Shown: positions 31,740 through 37,038 of the stretch, piece by piece
Layout: each line of letters opens with the position of its first letter
Position numbering within the stretch: position 1 is the first letter of the stretch
From: a virus
Taxonomy: Duplodnaviria > Caudoviricetes
IMG/VR virus record: IMGVR_UViG_3300017780_001057
Span: 1 to 37,038 of that record
Direction: 5' to 3' (one strand)
Length of the DNA: 37,038 bases
The notes under the pieces: model-generated
What the model saw: only the letters and a program-made list of their open reading frames with translations
What the model was told of the DNA's origin: nothing
The model's database searches: none
Program-made: the position numbers and the translations under genes

Positions 31740-33955
31740 ATCATTCCTTCGGGTGCTTCAGGGACCATTTCAGGCTGTTCAGGGGCCATTTGAGGGGCTT
31801 CCATGTCAGGCATCTCAGGCATCTCGCGCATCTCAGGTGCGCCGCCGATCAGATCGCCTGTGTCAAGGGCAGCCGCGATGGTGCCCATAACGATGTCCTG
31901 AATTTGCTCTGGCGTCATGCTGTTCTGGACAGCCGTAATACGCTTGGTTTCAGCGTCGTAGGCTTTGACCTGCGCTTCAAACTGGTCGATCACCAGCTTC
32001 TGCTGCTCGGCGCTATCTTGGATGTTCTCCATGATGTCGGTGACGCGGTTTAGTTCCTGCGTCATCGCTTCGATCTGCTGCTGTGCCTGCATCAGTTCAG
32101 GCGACTGATCGCCTTCCGACAGCACCTTGGGATCAAGGATTTTCTTGAACCGGTCAGCCATTTCCTGCGCGCCGGGCCAATCCATGTTCTTGATGAACAG
32201 ATCGCCTGCAACCGTCCAAAGCTGCGGGTTGGACTGCAAAATCTGGCTCATGGCGTCGAGGGCTTCCTGACGCTTGGTCATGTAGCCCGGCCCTGTCGTA
32301 ACCATCACGTCGTATGTGCCGACGTTGGGGTTGTAAACTTTTTCGATCAGGGCGCCCATTTGGTCGCGGATTTCCTTGACCGGCTCTTGCTGGCTGGGGT
32401 TAAACTTGACCATTTCGACTTCGCCATCAACGCCTATGATGCGGGCGATGCGCTGCGTGTCGTAAATCTTCGGGATCAGATCGACGATCTGGCGCGTGAT
32501 GTGACGGATCGCGCGGGCCAAATTGTCAACGTAATGGTACGTTCCGACATCACCCTGCTTTTCACGGGCGATAATGGCCTTTGCAGACCGCTCGTTGCCC
32601 TGTTGGCCCAGCGAGGCGTCATACTGCCCGGTGGTGCCCTTGATGTCGTCAGCGGCGCCCATTTTGGCTTGGATAAGCCCTGTCTGCGGTAACGGCGGCG
32701 GGGCGCGCTGAGGGAGAGGTAAGACACTACCTGCGCCGTCCGTTACATCAGGGTTAACTTCCAGATACGGCCAGTTGGTCGTGTTGGCGGTCTTCCACTG
32801 ATTTTCGTAGCCTTCGAACTGCCCGCCATAGCCGATAAACGGCGCTTTGGGGGCCAGAGCCAACATTTCAGCTTCTTGGCTCGTCCAATAGTTGTACATC
32901 CGTTGCGCGTCTTTGGCGTTGCGGACAAGGCCGGAGATGTAAATCTGACCGTCAACTTCCCATTCGTTACCGATCACGCGGACAACGGGTATCCATTTGC
33001 CGGGCCATTCGCGCTCGTCGAGCACGTCAAACCCGTTGGTTTTCATCCACATGACCTTCTTGCGGTCTACCTCGCGGGTGCGGATGGGCTTGCCAAACAT
33101 AGCCTGAAGCTGCTTGTCTTGCGGCGAGTTAGCGAACGCAGTCTGGTTGTCAGGGTACAGGTGCAGCGTTTCACGCTTGTGCGTGTAATAGAAATACTCC
33201 GCGATGCGGATCGTGTCTTCAGTCAGCCATGACGAGATGCCTTGGTCGCCCACGCCTTGCGCGTACAGCGTCGAGATCGGCGTCGCGTCAGGGAACATCC
33301 GCTCATATTCTTCTTTGAGGATGTCTTCAGAGATGAAGCACCACTCAGCGTCAGCACCGCATGGGTCTTGGATGGTCGGGTCCATGTAGACGCTGAATGC
33401 GTTGCGGATGCGTCCGATCTTGATGTCCTGATCGAACGTCTCTTCGTTGCAATAGTCGGTCAGCAGGCGGATGTAGCCTTCGCCGTAAGTGACTTGGTTG
33501 TCGCACGCTGTGTCGTAGGCAACGTCGGCGTCTGACATATACTCAATGTGCCGCACCACACCGTTGAAAATCTCAGCGACCTGCACGTCAGCGTTGTCGT
33601 CCGCGGGGATGACCTTGCCCGACGGGCGGTTCTGACGCTGCTCGTTCGTCACCTGACGGACGTGCTGCGGCAGCTTGTTGATGGTCAGGCAGGGGCGTGC
33701 GTTGATCGTCTGGCCCTGCACAGAGCCGCGCGTTTGCAGCACGTCGGCAGGCCATTGCCACTGGTTGTCAGGGCTGCCCGCCATGAAGCGGAGATCGTCC
33801 AGTTCATCTTCGCGGCTATCGGAGTATGCCGCCTGCGCCATTTGCAGACGCGACCGCATTTTCGCCATCTTGTCGTCATCACCTGACGACTTTGCCGGGT
33901 TAGACCCGACGTTGGCGACTTGACCAGCCTTGTTGATGCCTGTTGGATCGGCCAT
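31736..33955 (-). CDS. Portal protein (P22-like)
   Basis: QW, RPCLTINK, G.VR.AKDAQR.YN, G.YDV....GP.Y.TKRQE. Confidence 0.95.
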   Translation of the reverse strand: MADPTGINKAGQVANVGSNPAKSSGDDDKMAKMRSRLQMAQAAYSDSREDELDDLRFMAGSPDNQWQWPADVLQTRGSVQGQTINARPCLTINKLPQHVRQVTNEQRQNRPSGKVIPADDNADVQVAEIFNGVVRHIEYMSDADVAYDTACDNQVTYGEGYIRLLTDYCNEETFDQDIKIGRIRNAFSVYMDPTIQDPCGADAEWCFISEDILKEEYERMFPDATPISTLYAQGVGDQGISSWLTEDTIRIAEYFYYTHKRETLHLYPDNQTAFANSPQDKQLQAMFGKPIRTREVDRKKVMWMKTNGFDVLDEREWPGKWIPVVRVIGNEWEVDGQIYISGLVRNAKDAQRMYNYWTSQEAEMLALAPKAPFIGYGGQFEGYENQWKTANTTNWPYLEVNPDVTDGAGSVLPLPQRAPPPLPQTGLIQAKMGAADDIKGTTGQYDASLGQQGNERSAKAIIAREKQGDVGTYHYVDNLARAIRHITRQIVDLIPKIYDTQRIARIIGVDGEVEMVKFNPSQQEPVKEIRDQMGALIEKVYNPNVGTYDVMVTTGPGYMTKRQEALDAMSQILQSNPQLWTVAGDLFIKNMDWPGAQEMADRFKKILDPKVLSEGDQSPELMQAQQQIEAMTQELNRVTDIMENIQDSAEQQKLVIDQFEAQVKAYDAETKRITAVQNSMTPEQIQDIVMGTIAAALDTGDLIGGAPEMREMPEMPDMEAPQMAPEQPEMVPEAPEGMM

Positions 33956-33959
33956 GTTG

Positions 33960-34100
33960 TTACTTCTTGCCCTTCTTGGCAGCTTGGCGCTTGACGCTGT
34001 AGGCGATAGCTACAGCTTGTTTTTGCGGCTTACCAGCGTTGATTTCGGCCTTAATGTTCTTGCGAAACGCATTTTTGCTGGTCGATTTCACCAAAGGCAT
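33960..34100 (-). CDS. Lys-rich mini-protein, 46 aa (not in ORF track)
   Basis: MPLVKSTSKNAFRKNIKAEINAGKPQKQAVAIAYSVKRQAAKKGKK. Confidence 0.85.
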   Translation of the reverse strand: MPLVKSTSKNAFRKNIKAEINAGKPQKQAVAIAYSVKRQAAKKGKK

Positions 34101-34102
34101 CG

Positions 34103-34378
34103 TTATTTGCCCTTTTTAGCCGGTGTCATGCGCTCACGCACGGTTGTGCGAATGACGTTAGACCCGCGGCGTGCCATCAACACATCGTCCGCTTCAGGCG
34201 CACGGGCCAGCTTGCCGGGCGTGACGGGCGGTGCGATGCCGTACTTGGCGGGTTTCGGCGGTGCCGTCTTAGACAGCGGTTTTGCTGGCTTAGGCTTAGG
34301 CATAGGCTTGGCCGCACCGATCTTCATCGTGATGCTTTTGCCCCGCATGGGCTTAAATCCGCTCGGTTTCATAGCCAT
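34103..34378 (-). CDS. Lys/Pro-rich mini-protein (91 aa)
   Basis: KPMPKPKPAKP; ends AKKGK. Confidence 0.75.
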   Translation of the reverse strand: MAMKPSGFKPMRGKSITMKIGAAKPMPKPKPAKPLSKTAPPKPAKYGIAPPVTPGKLARAPEADDVLMARRGSNVIRTTVRERMTPAKKGK

Positions 34379-34528
34379 TTACTTGCCTTTCTTAGCTGTT
34401 TTGGCGCTATCGCGGAACGCTTTAGCGGTTGGCGCACCCTTGGTGCCCGGTTTGCGCATCTTTTCGCCTGATCCAGCCTTGATGCGGGCCTTTTTGGCGG
34501 CAATGTTGGCGTATAGACCCGGTTTCAT
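34379..34528 (-). CDS. Lys-rich mini-protein, 49 aa (not in ORF track)
   Basis: MKPGLYANIAAKKARIKAGSGEKMRKPGTKGAPTAKAFRDSAKTAKKGK. Confidence 0.85.
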   Translation of the reverse strand: MKPGLYANIAAKKARIKAGSGEKMRKPGTKGAPTAKAFRDSAKTAKKGK

Positions 34529-34791
34529 GAGCATTTCCACCTTTTTAAGCTGGCTTTGGCACGTTCGCCGTTTTTAGCCTTGGCAGCAACAGCCCCCATG
34601 CGCGCGCAAAACGACGCTTTGCGCCCTGCATCGGCCTTTGTCTTGGGGTTGGGTGCTGGCGCCTTGAGTTTAGACCCGGTTTCACGGTTGTACTTGGCCC
34701 GACCCTTGGCAGTCAGCCCCGCGCCCTTGGACACAGACAGCTTTTCGCCGCGTCCAACAGACAGTGAGACAGACTTCTTCTTGTCGGCCAT
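34525..34791 (-). CDS. Lys-rich mini-protein (GLTAKGR...RKASFCARM family)
   Basis: Motif of common small basic phage proteins; start MADKKK. Confidence 0.85.
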   Translation of the reverse strand: MADKKKSVSLSVGRGEKLSVSKGAGLTAKGRAKYNRETGSKLKAPAPNPKTKADAGRKASFCARMGAVAAKAKNGERAKASLKRWKCS

Positions 34792-34792
34792 A

Positions 34793-36319
34793 TTAGCTAC
34801 CCATCCAAGATGTGGCAATTCCACCCGAAGAATACGCTCCTACGCGCTTCTTGTCAACGCGTGCTTCTCTGCTTGCCAGCGGGAACGCGAACGTCACCGC
34901 GATGGCGTCGGCAGCGTCTGGTGAGGCCAGCCCGCGCGCCTTCATATCCTTCTTGCTTTCAAGGAAGATCGTCCCCTTGCTGTCAGGCTTGATGCGCGGC
35001 CCGATCAGGTCGCTTTTCAGGAACCTATCGTTGGGCAGGTGGGCATCCTTGAGCCAATCACGCATCGCGCCCCACATCTCAGCACGCTTGTTGCCGTACA
35101 TGAGTTGCTTCATGGCCTTATTGCCGAAGTTGACGCCCCTGATCTTGTACCGCTGCTCCTTGAGCCGGTCTACGACGCCTGCGCCTAAGCCGCCTTCGTC
35201 GATCACGGTAATGGCCGGGTTGTATTCTTCGATAGCTTCGATGACGTGCCCGACCACTTCCATCGTGTCAGCACCGCGCAGGCGGCGTATCTCGACGATG
35301 TCGCGGCCCTGCCGGATGGCGATGACGGTTGCATCACTGCCGAAGCGTGCAGGATCGACGCCGATTGCGATGGGTGCGGTATTGTCCTTGTGCTTGGGTC
35401 GCCGCATGGCGTCATCGACTAGGTTGACACCAATAAACTGATCATCCCCTTCGCTGGGGAACTGACCATAAACTTCAACATTCGCTTGGTAGCTGTCAGC
35501 CCCATACTCGTCGATGATGCGCTGATAGACGTTCTTGTCGGTTCCCTCGACCGTGCGGGCGTCGATGTTGCGCGTCTGCCAAAACGCCCGCTTCGAGTTG
35601 AATGTCTCGTAGAAATAGCCTGTGTTGCGACGCGGGTTGGAGAAGGCCAAATGGAAGCGATGCGGCGTATTCTCCGTGAAGAAGCCATCACTGACCGACC
35701 AGATGCTGTCTGGAATACCCGACGCTTCGTCGAATATGAGACACACCCCGTCGAAGTTGTGGACCCCGGCGTAAGCGTCAGGGTTCTCTTCCGACCACAG
35801 CCGCCCTTCGACTGACCAGTAGCGCGTGCCTTTCTTCAGGTCACGCTCGACGATCTCCGTCAGCCACTTGGCTGGCATGATGCGTGTGGCGGCGATCTCG
35901 AACCAGTGGCTGTTGAGCGACATCGCCAGCCACTTGGTAATCTCGGCCCATGTGACGCTGCGTAGCTGCGCTTCGGAGTTGGCCGACACGATGGTGGTTG
36001 ACCCGATGCGTGTGGACAGCATCCAGATCACGACCCATGAGACGAGTGCCGACTTGCCGATACCGCGCCCTGACGCCACCGCCATGCGGAATGTATCGAA
36101 GTCCATCTTGCCGTTGTTCTGTCGGATGTGGTCGCGCAGGTCGGCCAAGATGTCGCGCTGCCATTTGCGCGGCCCGTTGAAGTGTTCCAGCGGTGTGCCC
36201 TTCTCGCCCCACGGGAACGTCAGCAGCACGAACGCTAGCGGGTCATCCTTGATGCTCGGCGACCACAGCCTCGACATCAGTTCCATCTCGTCCTGCGCTG
36301 AGTAGATGGGCGTCTGCAT
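34793..36319 (-). CDS. terL: Terminase large subunit
   Basis: Walker A SGRGIGKS, Walker B LIFDEASG, SNP coupling motif, nuclease GVDPARFGSD and SPDAADA. Confidence 0.95.
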   Translation of the reverse strand: MQTPIYSAQDEMELMSRLWSPSIKDDPLAFVLLTFPWGEKGTPLEHFNGPRKWQRDILADLRDHIRQNNGKMDFDTFRMAVASGRGIGKSALVSWVVIWMLSTRIGSTTIVSANSEAQLRSVTWAEITKWLAMSLNSHWFEIAATRIMPAKWLTEIVERDLKKGTRYWSVEGRLWSEENPDAYAGVHNFDGVCLIFDEASGIPDSIWSVSDGFFTENTPHRFHLAFSNPRRNTGYFYETFNSKRAFWQTRNIDARTVEGTDKNVYQRIIDEYGADSYQANVEVYGQFPSEGDDQFIGVNLVDDAMRRPKHKDNTAPIAIGVDPARFGSDATVIAIRQGRDIVEIRRLRGADTMEVVGHVIEAIEEYNPAITVIDEGGLGAGVVDRLKEQRYKIRGVNFGNKAMKQLMYGNKRAEMWGAMRDWLKDAHLPNDRFLKSDLIGPRIKPDSKGTIFLESKKDMKARGLASPDAADAIAVTFAFPLASREARVDKKRVGAYSSGGIATSWMGS

Positions 36320-36743
36320 CTGATGTGTTATCCTCTAATTTGCTTATTTCCGTGTACAGCCCTTCGATCACGCGGGTCTGCGCGCGTTCGAGTGCGCCGA
36401 TCACGCTGATCTGCTGGTCAATAGATACGTCGATCTGCTGCTTGGCGACCCAGCCGTGCTGATGCTTGAGTATCTCAAGGGCTGCCTTGCTGTCGCCGTC
36501 GGCGGCTGCCGCGTGCAAGGTCTTAGCCGCGACGTACTCACCCTCAGCGCGGCCCTTCTGTTCAGCCATCTCCACCAGCGGGTCGAACTCATGCAATCGG
36601 CGATATTGCGCTGGGGTCAGGCCAGACGCCAAGGCGAGGCTGTCGCCCTTCAAGCCGAACTTAGCGGCTTCGTAGATTTTCTCTAACCGCGCCTCAGTCG
36701 CCGCTGGGCGCTCCGGTGTGAACGGCAGGGAGTAAAAGGTCAT
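36243..36743 (-). CDS. terS: Terminase small subunit (probable)
   Basis: Directly upstream of terL; HTH-like N-terminus, GDSKAA..IL...GW; start MTFYSLPF. Confidence 0.75.
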   Translation of the reverse strand: MTFYSLPFTPERPAATEARLEKIYEAAKFGLKGDSLALASGLTPAQYRRLHEFDPLVEMAEQKGRAEGEYVAAKTLHAAAADGDSKAALEILKHQHGWVAKQQIDVSIDQQISVIGALERAQTRVIEGLYTEISKLEDNTSDADAHLLSAGRDGTDVEAVVAEHQG

Positions 36744-36751
36744 GGTGCAGC

Positions 36752-36780
36752 ATAATAGTTGCATTCGGGCTTGGATGCAA
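36752..36780 (-). promoter_or_regulatory. Late-operon promoter candidate
   Basis: TTGCAT-N17-TATTAT on - strand with upstream T-tracts; ATG 8 nt downstream. Confidence 0.55.
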
Positions 36781-36915
36781 ATTTTTAAAAAATAAAAAAT
36801 TGTTTGCGTACCCAGCCCGTGACAGCCACCCGCGCGTCGGCCCCACCCCCCGGCCTCGCAAGCTGGCGGCAAAAAGCGTTCCACGATCGCGCAGGATTTG
36901 GGCGCGGTCATTTGT

Positions 36916-37038
36916 CTTGGGCGGTTTAGGCTATCAAAACCCATTTTATAGGCGCCGCGATCGCGCGCCATTTTATTTATGCCAGATAGGTTTACGTTAA
37001 CGTAAAGCTTGGGCGGTTTAGGCTATCCTCAAACAACA
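36916..37038. repeat. Second copy of the 123-bp terminal repeat
   Basis: Identical to 1-123. Confidence 0.95.

Noticed and set aside
36744-36971. N-terminal extension of terS in the ORF track
   Set aside because: Runs through promoter, A-tract and repeat sequence; ATG 36743 is more plausible
36916-37038. True physical terminal repeat
   Set aside because: Cannot be told apart from assembler overlap without reads; treated as a probable circularisation artefact
1-37038. Lysogeny module, RNA polymerase or DNA methyltransferase
   Set aside because: No ORF with integrase, CI-like, RNAP or MTase motifs was recognised

Overview
This window looks like a complete, circularly assembled genome of a P22-like (short-tailed) dsDNA phage. 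It has about 36,915 unique bp, because bases 1-123 are repeated exactly at 36916-37038. Layout: (i) a repeat-rich non-coding control region (~36780-37038 and 1-590); (ii) a rightward early operon of ~20 small genes (592-5767), including a Gp88-like Cys-rich protein, a stand-alone IleRS C-terminal-like domain and a stand-alone DnaA domain-IV-like protein; (iii) a leftward replication operon (PD-(D/E)xK exonuclease, SSB-like protein, family A polymerase, HTH protein, primase-helicase); (iv) a rightward VRR-NUC / SNF2 helicase / DUF3310 operon; (v) a long leftward late operon (terS, terL, four Lys-rich mini-proteins, portal, ferritin-like protein, scaffold, coat, paralogous decoration-like proteins, tail proteins, fibre, tailspike, GNAT, three ejection proteins, lysis cassette). 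I see no integrase, RNA polymerase, tRNA or CRISPR array. An alphaproteobacterial host is inferred from promoter style and near-total GANTC avoidance. The most unusual signals are the captured IleRS-like module, the DnaA-IV gene paired with DnaA-box-like repeats, an early region with sharply different word usage, and a single GANTC lying inside a Fur-like box. All family calls come from motif recognition and all counts were made by eye; no searches were run.
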